Translations under genes and position numbers: made by a program
Shown: positions 1 through 14,394 of the stretch, in pieces
Layout: the number at the start of each line of letters is the position of its first letter
How positions within the stretch are numbered: position 1 is the first letter of the stretch
Source of the DNA: Octopus sinensis
Taxonomy: Eukaryota
Length of the DNA stretch: 58,226 nucleotides
Assembly (NCBI RefSeq): GCF_006345805.1
Contig: NW_021829897.1
Coordinates: 1 to 58,226 of the forward strand
Reading direction: 5' to 3'
The notes under the pieces: model-generated
Seen by the model: the letters and a program-made list of their open reading frames with translations, nothing else
Told to the model about the DNA's origin: nothing
Databases searched by the model: none

Positions 1-55
1 TCTCTCTAATTATTTGAATTTTATTAAGTGTCTTTGGACTTTTCTTTAATTAAAC

Positions 56-715
56 ATGGAAAAGAACAATGAAAGGCTTGTGGAGTGGGAGATTACACCA
101 CTCAAAAAATGGTAGGAAGAATTTGAAAAGAAGACGGTGGTGTTGAGGACTTATTCCAAGTCCCTCGACACCATCACTGTCTTCGAAAAAAAATTTAATA
201 GAAAAAGAGTTGGAAAAATATATGCCAACTATTAAATATATCTCTCTGGGGGTCAAATATGCAACGGTGTGGTTGCTATTTGACACCCCCGAAGAGGATC
301 GCAAATTTCGCGAGCCAGCCCCTGGAGGGCAGGGTGATTTTGTTTCTTCCCACTTATTGTGGGAAGACGTTGACGAGGGCTTGGGTCTGCAGTTTGCCAC
401 CCGGAATTGAGCCCGAGTGGATAGAGGATACTATCCGCCTGGGTCTGGGTGGCAGCAGTACCAAGCTCCTAAATATAAATATCTTGCCCGCGGCTGATTG
501 GGAGGGGTCAAAAGCTGTTTTGACCCTATGGACCCTATCCACCGAAAATCTGGTATTTCCAGATTTCTTTTAAATGGCCGGGTCCAGGTATCCGGTGTTG
601 CTTGGGGGACGCCCTCCACAAGTGTCACCTGTGCCTGGAGCCGGGCCATATTAAAACGAACTGCCCTCGGGACCAAAATAAGGTCCTGGAACAGTTGATA
701 AAGTTACCGCTCTCT
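56..715 (+). mobile_element. Degenerate ORF1 (gag-like) of a Tx1/L1-clade non-LTR retrotransposon
   Basis: ATG at 56 opens MEKNNERLVEWEITPLKKW*EEFEKKTVVLRTY, which continues through frameshifts into the 210..410 and 259..573 ORFs. It ends in a perfect CCHC zinc knuckle, CHLCLEPGHIKTNC (623-664), and is cut off by (TA)n and a SINE at about 722. Confidence 0.75.
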
Positions 716-731
716 GCTCCCTCATATATAT

Positions 732-763
<32 letters not shown>

Positions 764-773
764 GTTAGTGCCA

Positions 774-958
774 GTGTTTGTCCCCCCGCCATCGCTTGAC
801 AACCGATGTTGGTGTGTTTATGTCCCCATAACTAAGCGGTTCGGCAAAGAGAACGATAGAATAAGTACTAGGCTTACAAATAATAGTCCCTGGTCGATTT
901 CTTTGACTAAAGGCGGTACTCCAGCATGGCCCGCATTCAAATGATAAACAAAAAAGAA
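774..958 (+). mobile_element. SINE family A, 3' half
   Basis: tttgtcccccc..atcgcttgacaaccgatg..ttcggcaaa..ccagcatggcc..aaatga matches the 3' half of the full copy at 52410-52850. Confidence 0.85.
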
Positions 959-1716
959 TTATATATATATAATATATATATCTATATATATATATACAAG
1001 TACAAACACACGCAGGCACACACATTATCTATCAATCAATCTATCTATATCTATATATACCACATATGGGTGTGTGTGTGGTACGTATGCATTAACCCAC
1101 ACGTACACAAAGAAACATACATACGCTCACTTGTATATACACATACACGTTTTACACACTCTGTTAATTGAAAGTCTTCATTATTATGATCATTACTAGA
1201 CGATGAGTCATTAATGAAGTTCGCAGAGTAGTTAATATTGAAATGAATTTGCGCTGTGTGAATCAGAGACTGCATTTCCTTTGGATTGTAATTTTTCAAC
1301 ACAAACGATATGCAGTCTTGCAAGACGGAGACGCTGTTTTCCAATCCGGGTATTGACAATTAACGTTAGGCTGAGTAGATTTGCGAGTTTTGATATTTTC
1401 TTTAGAAACACTTGTTGCTAAGGAATCATTATATAGACTACTCTGTTGATGGAGTTCTGAAAATTAGTGAAGAAAGATACCGGTAATCCCAAATGTAAAT
1501 CCGAAAGGGCTCAAATTTCAAGTGGTTATCGTACTAAGTCCATTTTGTATTGACCCTCTCAAAAGATGAATAGCGTTTGGTTATATTGGTAGCTATATTC
1601 ATACCGAATAGTATATTAAACCATGCGATGTTTTCTATTCTTTTTCCTAGCAACTGTTTCTTTGAGACTATATATATCTAGTACATTATCAGAGTGCATG
1701 CTAGCCTCATCGAATC

Positions 1717-2036
1717 CAGTGGAAACTCAGTTTACGAACGCCTCACATCACGAAAAAATCTGTTTACGAACCATTTCCGAGCATAAAACGTCTCTGGTAA
1801 CGAACAGCGTCTCGTGTAACGAACATGCAAACCGGCAACAAAGGACGGTGACAAGCTGGGCCTGTCAGCGGAGCAACTGCAGTTTCTGTCTAGCTTTTGA
1901 TCAGTGCATATCCTTACTCGAATTCGCCGTGCCTTTTCTTGAATTTTCTAAGAGAAAAATAGTTTCAGTTTACGAACATTTCAGGTGACGAACAGCATTC
2001 AGGAGCGATTTAAATTCGTAAACCGAGGTTTCACTG
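1717..2036. mobile_element. Tigger/pogo-like (Tc1/mariner superfamily) MITE
   Basis: Terminal inverted repeats cagtggaaactcagtttacgaa and ttcgtaaaccgaggtttcactg. TA follows the right end. An internal (t/g)acgaac motif is repeated about 6 times. No transposase ORF. Confidence 0.75.
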
Positions 2037-2810
2037 TATTCCCTTACTTTGAGGACAATCTAGAAATACGACTACTAAAGTCCCCTTTATCTACATAATT
2101 AAAGAAGACCTGGTGGCTAGGGTCTTTGTTTATGAAAGTAGTTTCCTCAGTCAGCTCCTGAAATGGATAACGTTTATGGGGCAGGGGTCGAGGTTCATTG
2201 GAACTGTGAATGTATATGTATCGGCTGCTAGTGTTGACACCTTATAACTGGCGGTGGGGGGGGAGGATAAGAGTCAAGTTAGAAAAACCTCTCCCAGATA
2301 GTCAGGAGAGCCGTATGTGAATGAAGAAAGAAAAATTGAGAGTTACCGGGAAAAGTATAACAGAGGCTAGAAGAAAGAGGAGGAGGGTGAAGGAAAAAGG
2401 AAAAAAAAAGACAAAGATAGAAAGAAAACGAAGGAAATGAAGAAAGTGGAGGGAGGAGGAAGTGAGACAGAGCGGAGACGATTAAAAGGTTTACGGAGGA
2501 GCAGAGAGGGAAAGGGGGAAGATGAGGAGGAGGAGGATACTTAATGTGAATATTGGGATAGGGATATGAAAGTCAAGATTTCCGGATACTATTCCTGGGT
2601 TTAAGGTTGTTCGAGAATTATGGGCATTTTTCTTGACGAACAGAGCCCTTATTTAATGATCAGCATAGTTCTCTATGGTAGCGTTCAGTTGGGAGGAATT
2701 CGGTGCATCCGTAAACATTGTCGTTAAAACCGTTGAATGTGAAAGGTATAATAACTATGTTGAATTACACTAAACAATTTAATACCTGCTTTGTACATAG
2801 CTATATATTT

Positions 2811-2971
2811 GATTGTGCGATAAGAAGTTTCATTCCCAACCATAAGCCTCTGGGTTCAGTCCCACTGCGTGGCAACTTGGACAAGTATTTTCTACTATAG
2901 CTTCGAGCAGACCAAACGTTAGTAAGTGGATTTGGTAGACGGAAACTGAAAGAAGCCCGTCGTGTGTGTGC

Positions 2972-3016
<45 letters not shown>

Positions 3017-3428
3017 ATACATATATATGTATGTGTATGTGTGTGTACGTGTGTCTGTTTGTCTGTGTGCATATGTGCATGTGTGTGTGTATATGTCTGT
3101 GTGGATGCGTGTGTACATGTGTGTGTGTGCGAGTGTATCTGTGCGTGCGTCTGTATGTGTGCATGTGTGAGTGCTTGTGTTTGTGAATGTGTGTGAGTGT
3201 GTGTGTATGTGTTTGTGTGCCTGTGTTTGTCGCCCAACATCGCTTGACAACCGATGCTGGTGTGTTTACGTCCCCATAACTTAGCGGTTCGGCAAAAAAG
3301 ACCGATAGAATAAGTTCTAGGCTCACAAAGAATAAGTCCTGGGGTAGATTTGCTCGACTAAAGGCTGTGCTCTAGCATGGCCACAGTCAAATGACTGAAA
3401 CAAGTATAAGAGTAAAAGAGTTAAAGAG
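2811..3428 (+). mobile_element. SINE family A, near full length, with about 250 bp internal (TA)n/(TG)n
   Basis: tRNA-like head (gggttcagtccc B-box-like), body ..ggatttggtagacggaaactgaaagaagcccgtcg, microsatellite, 3' part, then an agtaaaag tail. Confidence 0.9.
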
Positions 3429-3564
3429 TGTACATAATTTCTCATCTCTTAAATATAGAACTGTATCATCTGATCGAATTGTTATTTAGACATTCTTCAT
3501 AGTCTTTTAATGGTGACCATCCCATTGACAGCATTTCTGTGATGTCTTTTACCTTTTATCTGTT

Positions 3565-3884
3565 ACTTGTACCAGTTATTAGACTGCGGTCATGCTGGGG
3601 TACTGCCTTGAAGAATTTATAATCGAATGTATCGATTCCAGGATTTTTTTAAGGCCTGATACTTATTCTACCGATTTCTTGTCAAGTAGTGGACGGGGTT
3701 GACAAACACAGACACACGTACATAGATATATATACGACGGGCTTCTTTCAGTTTCCGTCTACCAAATCCACTCACAAGGCTTTGGTTGGCCTGAGGCTAT
3801 AGTAGAAGACACTTGCCCAAGCTGCCAGGCAGTGGGACTGAGCTGGCTGGGAGGCAAGCTTCTTACCACATAGCCACGCCTGTG
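3565..3884 (-). mobile_element. SINE family A (older, diverged copy)
   Basis: Reverse-complement match to the head and to a diverged 3' part. Confidence 0.8.
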
Positions 3885-4320
3885 TTTAATTTTGCTTCAT
3901 CGTAGTAAAGAGTTGAGAGTGGTGCTTAAAAATGTGTTAGTGAAAGAGAAGCAGGCGACATTAAAAAAAAAATTGAGACATATAGCGCTAAATCGTGGAT
4001 TGCTTTCTTTGGGCCAACAAGTGAATGTTCTGGATTGTCTCCCTTTACCGAATTTTATCAATAGAAATATATTGCATATGTCACCTCAGTGGACTTTGTA
4101 ATGTCCAGCATCTTTGACAAAATTGAAGATTCATTATCTTATGATTATGGCTTTGTTGCAATGTGCTACCCAAAAACTGGGTTTCGATATGTTTCTGACT
4201 AACCAAATCTAGACGTGTGTGTGCACGCAGACACATTCCAACGTACACACACATACATATACATATACGTACTTATTAAGATATATAGATACACACACAT
4301 ATATAATATATATATATGCG

Positions 4321-4372
<52 letters not shown>

Positions 4373-4724
4373 GTGTGTGTATTTTATATATATGTAAATA
4401 CCATATATATATGTGTGTGTGTCTGTGTGTGTATGTGTGTGTGTGTGTGCGTCAGTGTGTCTCTGTGTGTGTGTGTGTTTATATGCACAAACACCTTCTA
4501 TACCATGAAGAACCTGGTCTTTAAACATGGCTATCGCATTAAGTACAGCTTACTAACAAAGTGACTATAATAGGAAAGTAAATATAACGCATAGACGTGT
4601 GTGTGTGAATGCGTGTATATACATAAGTGTATATTATAAATATGTATGAATAAATATATATATATATTTATATACATGTGTATATATATATGTATAGTAA
4701 AATACATATATATGTATACACATA

Positions 4725-4765
<41 letters not shown>

Positions 4766-4817
4766 GAACATATTTGTATGTATGTATATGAATATATATG
4801 TATGTATGTATGTATGC

Positions 4818-4848
<31 letters not shown>

Positions 4849-5379
4849 TATAGATATACATACATATGAACACACACACACCACACACACACACACATAT
4901 ATGTTCAAATAAAAAGTGGGGAAAATGCTTCCAAATGAAATATCAAACAAAAGCCATCGATATCGTTTGTATGTTTTCATGCCCGCCGTGAAAACAGCTA
5001 CAAATGTGAGAGGTGAAACATGTACGTTTCTAACAATGTAGCTGCAAGCTACAATAACCTAACCCCACAAACGCCACTATTACATATCGAAATACAAAGT
5101 AGATAGGAAATGCCTAAAAGAACTCAAACACAATTCTATATTAAATCAGTGACAATAATTGAAAGGAAGCAAAAGGAAAAAAAATGGCTGCTAATATATT
5201 AACGAAACGATAAACCGGAAGTGAACGCCATCAACAGTCACATGAAACAAAATAAGAAAAGAAGAGAACGACACAAAGGTAAAAATAAAAACAGGAAAGC
5301 ACATCACAATTCGAAGTATAGATGGTGCTCACATAAAGATGTTATCCAGGCGACAGCCAATCAGGGATAATGAAAACCA

Positions 5380-5448
5380 ATTCTGATAGTGATCACAACA
5401 TAACAGCCAATCGTCACCATTATCAGCAGCACCACCAGCACCACCTGT

Positions 5449-5486
<38 letters not shown>

Positions 5487-5960
5487 CACCACCACTAGCA
5501 GCAGCACTACCCTCACTACCACCACCACCACCATCACCACCACTACCAGTACTACTATCATCATCATCGTTTATGATGGCCGTCGACGTCGTCACCATCT
5601 TCGACGTCATCATTATCACCATCAGCCCCACAAGCACCAGCTCCACTAGCACCACTACCACCACCACCACCACCACCACCACCACCACAACCACCGCCAC
5701 CGCCAGCCCACCCCTACCCCCACAACCCCCCACTACCCCCGCCACCGCCACCGCCGCCACCGCCGCCACCACCACCACCACCACCACCATCCACCACCAC
5801 CACCACCACCGCCACCGCCGCCACCACCACCACCACCACCGACCGCCAACCGCCACCGCCACCACTACCACCGCCACCGCCGCCGCCACCACCACCACCA
5901 CCACCACCATCATTCTCATCATCTTGTACACCGCCCCACCGCCACCATCGTCTCCGCCGT
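5380..5960. repeat. Compound trinucleotide array (CAG/CAC/CGC/CAT)
   Basis: Runs of cag, cac, cgc and cat triplets are visible directly. Confidence 0.9.
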
Positions 5961-6196
5961 CGCAGTGGCCATTCTTAACAATAGTGCCAACACTGAAACA
6001 ATGGCAATTACATTAGTCCAAACAGCAGTGCCAGTAACAGTCTCAAGAGCCAACCGCAACAACTAATCAGTCCAACCAATCAACGATTAATTAGAAGAAA
6101 TTCGCTGTCACACGTAAACCATAAAACACTTACATACTCACTTAGCTCCTTCACACCCAGCCACACCTGTATGTATGCAAGTATGTCTATCTATCA

Positions 6197-6272
<76 letters not shown>

Positions 6273-6273
6273 C

Positions 6274-6320
<47 letters not shown>

Positions 6321-6321
<1 letters not shown>

Positions 6322-6981
6322 ATATCGTCACGCCTCCTTCCTTCAAACGGGAAGGAAGAGCTATTTTTATCATACTTGTGGCTATGGAGAAAGAATGTAT
6401 CTGGTGGACGCGCCTGAAAGGATTAGAGACAAACACTTTCCTCTCTGGTCAATCTCTCATCAATTTCAAGTATCACTTGAAGAGGAAGGTGAGAGTTGAG
6501 AGGCAGGTTCTGTCTAGTGAATGTTTTAAAAAAAGATGGGTGGATGTAGTAAGAATGGCACGTATGAATGACGAAGCAACCTTGACTATGATTCTATGAA
6601 CCGTAAAAATTAATACGGAGAGTTGCTTATTTGCAAAATAAAAAAAAAAGAAATATAACATATGACTTCATTGACCGAGGTTACCGTGGTCTTTTCCGTA
6701 GGCTTTTCTTTCCACGGGTAAACCTCACCTGTCCTCCCCTTTACACTTCATATTGACATTTCTGTGATAACGATCCCTATTGATCAAATTTTTTTTCCTT
6801 CCCCCCACCTTTTTTTTTATTTTTTAAATTATATCCTCCCCTTATTTTGTCCTCTTTCTTTCCATTTACGATCCCTTTTGATCGAAAACCAACCCCCCCT
6901 TCTTTTACCCCCAAAAGAAAAGCTCTACCTTGTAATTTTGTCCTGTCTGGGTGCAGCCCTGTGTGGCTAATAAAGAAACAT
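6321..6981 (+). mobile_element. Tx1-clade LINE 3' end (ORF2 C-terminus plus 3' UTR), copy 1
   Basis: Encodes NIVTPPSFKREGRAIFIILVAMEKECIWWTRLKG..GQSLINFKYHLKRKVRVERQVLSSECFKKRW..* (stop at 6599), resembling the Tx1 post-zf-RVT tail. Ends gctaataaagaaacat followed by (atct)n. Confidence 0.8.
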
Positions 6982-7008
6982 ATCTATCTATCTATCTATC
7001 TATCTATC

Positions 7009-7103
<95 letters not shown>

Positions 7104-7138
7104 GTCTGTCTATCTATCTGTCTATCTGTCTGTCTGTC

Positions 7139-7413
7139 TGTGGCTATGGCGAAAGAATGTATCTGGTGGACGCACCTGAAAGGATTTGAGACAAACACTT
7201 TCCTCTCTGGTCAATCTCTCATCAACTTCTTCAAGTATCACTTGAAGAGGAAAGTGAGAGTAGAGAGGCAAGTTTTGTCTAGTGAATGTTTTAAAAACAC
7301 GAATGAATGACGAAGCCACCTTGACTATGATTCTATGAACCATAAAAATTAATACAGAGAGTTGCTTATTTGCCAAAAAAAGAAAAGAAATATAACTTGT
7401 GACTTCATTGACT
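7139..7413 (+). mobile_element. Tx1-clade LINE 3' end, copy 2 (truncated at both ends)
   Basis: High identity to part of 6321-6981 and embedded in (ATCT)n on both sides. Confidence 0.8.
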
Positions 7414-7417
7414 TCAT

Positions 7418-7419
7418 AG

Positions 7420-7487
<68 letters not shown>

Positions 7488-7488
7488 C

Positions 7489-7554
<66 letters not shown>

Positions 7555-7559
7555 CATCC

Positions 7560-7654
<95 letters not shown>

Positions 7655-7659
7655 CATCC

Positions 7660-7740
<81 letters not shown>
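7418..7740. repeat. (ATCT)n/(GATA)n microsatellite
   Basis: About 320 bp, nearly pure. Similar tracts lie at 6185-6320, 6980-7140, 19712-19783, 27845-27991 and 57728-57880. Confidence 0.95.
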
Positions 7741-7742
<2 letters not shown>

Positions 7743-8683
7743 AGTCTGGCTGACTGGCTGGCTGGGTGGCTGTTTGTGTGTATGTACGTGTATGTGTGTG
7801 TATGTATGTGTGTATGTAACAGTCTGTCTGTCTGTCTGTCTCTGCGACATTCAGAAACATGGAATTGCATGAACATATCTGAAGATGTGTACAGAAAATA
7901 CACATACGGCTTATTCAAGCAGATTGAATTATCCGAAAGGCGAAACTTAAAGTACCACTCAAAATGAATGGTTTTGTTATTTATAAAATTTAAATCACAA
8001 ACTGAAGTTGGCACACACGTACGTGCGCACCCCCCCCCCACACACACACGTGTGTGCATGTGTATACGCACTTACATATATACCCTTATTCTTATCTAGA
8101 CATACATGCGTGATCCCATATGCACACACAAATGATTTTCTGGTGAAGCAATTTGGACATCACCTGTATTACTAATGTCTCCGACTGCTCATGTCAAGAA
8201 TAACAAGACATCCTCTACAAGATCACTTAGTGAGCTAGAAATGGCTCCCAAGCCTCCCTGAAATGACAGTCTAGTCTTGAAAGTAGGACACAGTGAATTA
8301 CGTAGTTTTGGAACATCATTGATTATAAAGCCTTCTCAATCAGTGTTGGCCTTGAACTAAGTAAAATTAACGACAACCTGTTCACGGTAAAATGTTTGAA
8401 AGCAATAACAGAGTTTGAAAAAAAAAAAATAAAGATATAAAGTAATGGGGAAAAAAAGACAGAAAATAAATACAAACAATTGAAGAAGTAGATGAGACAG
8501 ACACAAATGGAAAAAAGGAAAAAAAGAAAAAAGAACTAATAAACAGCTGTCTTTGATCGGCGCTGTTGATCATTGGGAAGTATTTGCTATAGACTGTCTC
8601 TGACAAAACAACAGCAACAAGAACCTCCCCCCCCCACCAAGAAATAGAAGAAAAGCAATAAAAGCAAACAAACAAACAAGAAA

Positions 8684-9360
8684 TATGGCGGTGTGATTAG
8701 GGAGACTTACTTTGCGACCACATGGTTTCAGGTTCAGTCCGACAGCGTGACACCTTGAGTAAGTGTTCTCTGCTATTAGCTCCGGGCCGACCAATGCTTT
8801 TTGAGTAAATTCTGTAGACGGAAACACTGTGGAAGCCCGTCGAGTGTGTATATGTGCGTAGTAGTTGTATACTGTCAACTTAATGTGACAGTCCCATGAA
8901 GTGAATCACACCACTGCTATTTAGCCCTAGGAAGCATCAACGCTTCCTGTCGGCCTTGACACATTTCCTGTTGCCCTTATGTTTACAAGGGGGAGACAAG
9001 CACCTCCATCCAGCTAAGCCTGCATCCAGAGACTAGTTTCTGAGTCTTGCTCGTCATCAATCTGGAGTAGCATGGCCTGATATATGTATATTTATACACA
9101 CGCATATGTACATGTGTGTGTGTATACCTGTATGTGTGTGTGTGTGTGCTTTTGTTTGTGTTTGTCCTCTACCATCGCTTGACAACCAGTGCTGGTTTGT
9201 TTACGTAATCACCACTTAGCGGTTCGTCAAAAGTTTCAGATCGAATAGAGTACCAGACTTAAAAATAAGTATTTGAAGTGATTTGTTTGACTAAAATTCT
9301 TCCAGTCGATGCCCCAGCATAACCACAGTCCAATGGCCGAAGCAAGTAAAAAGATAAAAA
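8684..9360 (+). mobile_element. Old SINE family A copy with about 220 bp of extra sequence between head and 3' part
   Basis: Diverged head at 8684-8855, unrelated segment at about 8860-9080, (TG)n, then a diverged 3' part at about 9150-9360. Confidence 0.6.
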
Positions 9361-10044
9361 TGTATAAGAAGGTATGTGACGTGAGCCAGTGCCTTCTGGC
9401 TCAAACACACACACACACACACACGCGCGCGCGCACACACACACACACACTCACTCACACACACACACAAACACACACACACACAGACACACACGCGCAC
9501 ACACAAACACACACACACACACACACACACACCACACACACACAAAATGAGCTAGAAGGAAAGTAGTATAGCTCTATTTTGTTCAGAATGGAGATGGCTT
9601 TCCAATGTTCACGAACGAACAGCTGGAAGCAAGCATAGCCAGATCATGATACAACGTGTGTTTTACTGAGTTTGGTTGAATATATACGGAAGTGTATACC
9701 TGGTCATTAAGAACTTGGACAAAAAGAGCCGGCAGATGAACTTGGTGAGTCACACACCTGTACAGTCTGCTGGTGCATTATTGTAGGAACGTCCACCATT
9801 CGACCGTATGTTTGCATTTGCAGGCATTGGCAAGATGTTTTGAGGAAAATCGGCACGCTCTCCACGTCATTGATGAAGTACGAAGTCAATGCATTAGGGC
9901 CAATTACAACTTGGCACCAGAATCTTCGAAAACGTTGATGAAAAAATGCAATAAACCGGAACAGGTACGACAAAACATCTTGTCCGACGCTCTAACCCTT
10001 CTGCCATTTTCATCACTTAGAATTCTTTATTTATTTTTTTTTTA

Positions 10045-10172
10045 CTGAACCCGAAAGGGCAAAAGGTAAAATTGACCTCGACAGGGTTTGAACCCAGAAC
10101 GTTGAAAGCTGGAATGAATACTGTGAGGCATTCTTTCGAACAATGTAATGACTCTGCCGATTCGCCGTCTCA
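10045..10172 (-). mobile_element. SINE family G fragment
   Basis: Reverse complement gives ..gttctgggttcaaaccctgtcgaggtcaattttaccttttgccctttcggg, homologous to 23910-24127. Confidence 0.6.
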
Positions 10173-10893
10173 TTACTGATACACCTCTTGATATTGTGAA
10201 GATGGGTGGGGAGGAGGAGAAGGAGGAGGCTGGAAACAATGGTTAAATCGTGAAGGACAGCTATAAACCCTTCACCCCAAGAAAGACATAAGGTGAAGAA
10301 AAAGTGTCTCAAACTAAAGACAAGAGGCTTTACTTCTTTCATGGATTCGTGTTTTGTTGTTGTTGTTATTATTGCGGTTGGTCATGTTGCTCATTCTAAC
10401 CTCCCCACCACTACCACCACCACCACCACCATCGCTACCCTCATCATCATCTTCGTCGTAGTGGTTCGTCGCCGTCTTCATCATTGCCACCGTCATCGTC
10501 GGTACCATCACCATCACCATCACCATCATCATCATTATCACAACAACCACCACCAACAGCACCACCACCAACAACACTAAAGCCATCACCACCAGCATCA
10601 CCACCACGACCACCAACAAGAACATAACCAACACAACCATCATCATCCTCATCATCATCATCACATGTACAGATGCAAGCAACTGCACATGTGCATACCT
10701 CTATGTGCGTATTTGTGTGTGCAGGGGTGGGGATAACGGTGGTGCGCGCGCGCGCGTTTGTGTGTAACATGGTGACAAATGAAATGTATGAAGTGCACGA
10801 ATGATAAGATTGATGAGTGAGAGAGTGGAGTTTGAGAATGAAGAATAGCATCTCGACGCAATCACATCACGACAAGGATTGTGTACACACACA

Positions 10894-10931
<38 letters not shown>

Positions 10932-11428
10932 TACACACAAACACATACACACATAATACATGTGAGTATACATGCACACAGACATACATATATAATGTTT
11001 ATACCGTCGTTAATTTATTAATATACATACAAGTTTGAGACTTAAAAAACAACTTATATATGGCTGTTTCGATCATTTTGGCCTCTTCACAACACTTCTT
11101 CAAATATTGAATACTTTACTTTGTGGAAACCCTTCACATGTATGAGTGCGCGTGTGTGTGTGTACACATGCGCGCCTGCGTGCGTCTGTAGAGATGGAAA
11201 TATATAGACACAAGTATATATTTATGCACAGACACTTGTGTGTTTGGGTACTTGTATGTGTATATACATGTATGTATATATATATATATGTGTGTATGTA
11301 CATATATATGTTTGTATTGTATGTATATATATATATATATGTGTGTGTGTGTATGTATACCTACAAATACATAAATACATATATATGTGCATATATACAT
11401 ATACATATATTATATTATATTATGTTAC

Positions 11429-11460
<32 letters not shown>

Positions 11461-11597
11461 ATGTATGCAACAATATGTTTACGTGCATATATACGCATGC
11501 TCACACTCATACTTATACGCAAGCAAGCACACATATATGCATGGATATATTTCTGTGCTTTTGAGAGCAAACGCGTGCGTAAATACGACGTATATAT

Positions 11598-11912
<315 letters not shown>

Positions 11913-12189
11913 ACGTTTGGTCGCTATCGATCAGCTGATTAACTCTTGCTCTTGTTGTTGCTGTCATTTTTTGTTGTTTCTGTTTTTGTTTGCGCCTTTA
12001 AAATCGATTTTGTTCCTGGTATACATATCGATTTTTTTTTCTTGCTTTCACATTAGTAGTAGCAACAGTGGTAATGGTAGCTATTATTTATATTGTTTTT
12101 GTTTTCTATGAATTTGCTCGAGTCTTATCGCCCATGTTGTTATTGTTGTTGTTGCTCTTGGCTTTTGGTTTTAGTTCCGGCTATTGGAA

Positions 12190-12430
12190 CATAATTACAT
12201 GTCTTGAAATCCTACTCGACGTTTGACGATCTCATGGAGATTCTTCTTTCAACTCTGCTCTTCTTAATCCTCACACGAATCTAGAACCGATTCAATGATG
12301 TCACCCAACTGTTCACCTCATTCAGCTCAATCTCTTCTCCCCATGCATAGTCAGTCTCTTGTTCTTGAGCCTTCAGCTTATTCAAACCTAATGCACTTTT
12401 CCTCGCCAGCCGCCCGCATAACGTGACCAA
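12190..12430 (-). mobile_element. Possible degenerate RTE-type LINE 3' end
   Basis: The minus strand gives GHVMRAAGEE..AEGSRTR..WGEEI..HEIVKRR with stops and frameshifts, resembling the RTE GHVMR..EG.R.RG motif. Confidence 0.35.
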
Positions 12431-12966
12431 AGAATTTAAGACTTTGACAATCAATTCTCAGCCAATTCTGAGATTTTCTCAAGTTTCACTTCCTGTAGTA
12501 TCGAACTGTTTGTTCTTTTTGCCGCTCATGATATCCTTATTTTTTGTTTCCCTTTTTTTTTCAGCACCATATTCCGAATTCATTTATTTTCTTTCTATAT
12601 TATTTGTTAATTGTCCAGCTCTCGAAATGATACAGCGTTAGTGGATACACCATTGATTTTAGCAGTATTTTCCTTTGTTCTTTACCATGCTGTTATATTC
12701 TTTTATCGTTTCTGTCCCATTATGGCAATTGTTTCAAGAGCCGTTAAATTTTTCCTTTTTCTTTTATGTGTGCATCTCTTACTTCTTTCAACCTTGAATC
12801 CAAGAAAATGAACTCATCCACTACTTTTGTCGTTTGATCTTCAATCTTAAATTCCATTAAATTTGAAGTCAAAATACTTTTATTATTTTTCTTTTTATTG
12901 TTTAGTTAGAATCAAGACCTTTGCAGATACACACACAGTCACACAAACACACAGACATATACACAA

Positions 12967-13023
<57 letters not shown>

Positions 13024-13166
13024 ACACACACAAAGATGCAGATATAGAGATGCACAGTCCCTCACTTATACTCATATATATATATATATATATATACATA
13101 CATGCATATACATATGTATGTATATATATATGTATACTTACATTCTTGAGTTATTATATAAATATA

Positions 13167-13213
<47 letters not shown>

Positions 13214-13346
13214 ATGTGTGTGTGTGTGTGTACCTTCTTCATTGCCTTTGATCAGCTTTTTTATTATTTTATCGATATTATTAAGTCTATTCAGGTTACA
13301 TATACAAAACTGGTCCTTTATTCAAGCAATAAAAAACCTACGTACA

Positions 13347-13412
<66 letters not shown>

Positions 13413-13623
13413 ATATATATATATATATAATATATATATATTATATATGTACATAGACATACATACATACATACATGCATACATACATATATACATATAT
13501 ACATATATACATATATACACACACACGTACGCACACACACGCACACACATATCTATGGTAGATGAGTTCAGATTTCGAGCATATATATATATATATATAT
13601 AAAATTAGTAAACTAGTACATCA

Positions 13624-13718
<95 letters not shown>

Positions 13719-14394
13719 ATATATATATATCTAATTAGTAAACTTGTACATCAGTTCAAGAGGCACACATTGCGTCTGCCAGCCAAAATCTACAGACTAT
13801 GCCCCTCCATTGAATCAACATCTCTTATAGCGTTTCTATCTATCCAGTCAACCGTATACACACTGCTTATCCAGTCAAAACCAACACACTTTGTGGAGTC
13901 TAGTAAACATTCACGTGCTGTGTTTAACCTGTGGCATCAACATAGTGAATCTTTGATTATCTAATCACTATGAACAGTTAATGAGGTTCCAAGCCACAAC
14001 TCTACACTCTAGAGAGAACTCAGTAGGTATTAAACAACTTTTATCAATACGGCCAATTATCTCCCTTTGTTTCTTTGATTTGCAAAAGTACATACATTCA
14101 TTTATACAAGTTTATGTCTGTTAGCAATTCCTGAGAAGTGACACATCATTTCTTAATAGTGTTGTCAGACTGTTTCTTTGTTTAAATGCAAATCTAAATA
14201 CATGTATTTATACAAGTTTGTGTTTGCAGGTAACATCTGAGATTGTAACTAGACGGTCACGGAACTCGACGCAATCGTAGTTAAAGCAACCAACGTGTTA
14301 TGATAATTTTACATACACACATTCATATATTTGACATTAACTAAAGCATCTTACTCGATCCTCACGATGGCTGGACCTGCGTGACTGAGCCATT

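Noticed and set aside
1180-2800. Coding-looking AT-rich segments around the Tigger MITE
   Set aside because: All frames I translated contain stops and no motif was recognisable. They may be old TE debris but cannot be called.
9600-10010. Cys/His-containing ORFs 9707..9973 and 9773..10048
   Set aside because: No zinc-finger spacing, domain motif or convincing splice pair.
13581-13755. 23 bp target-site duplication around a (TA)n insert
   Set aside because: (TA)n also precedes the first copy, so this is a tandem duplication of a (TA)n-plus-unique unit.
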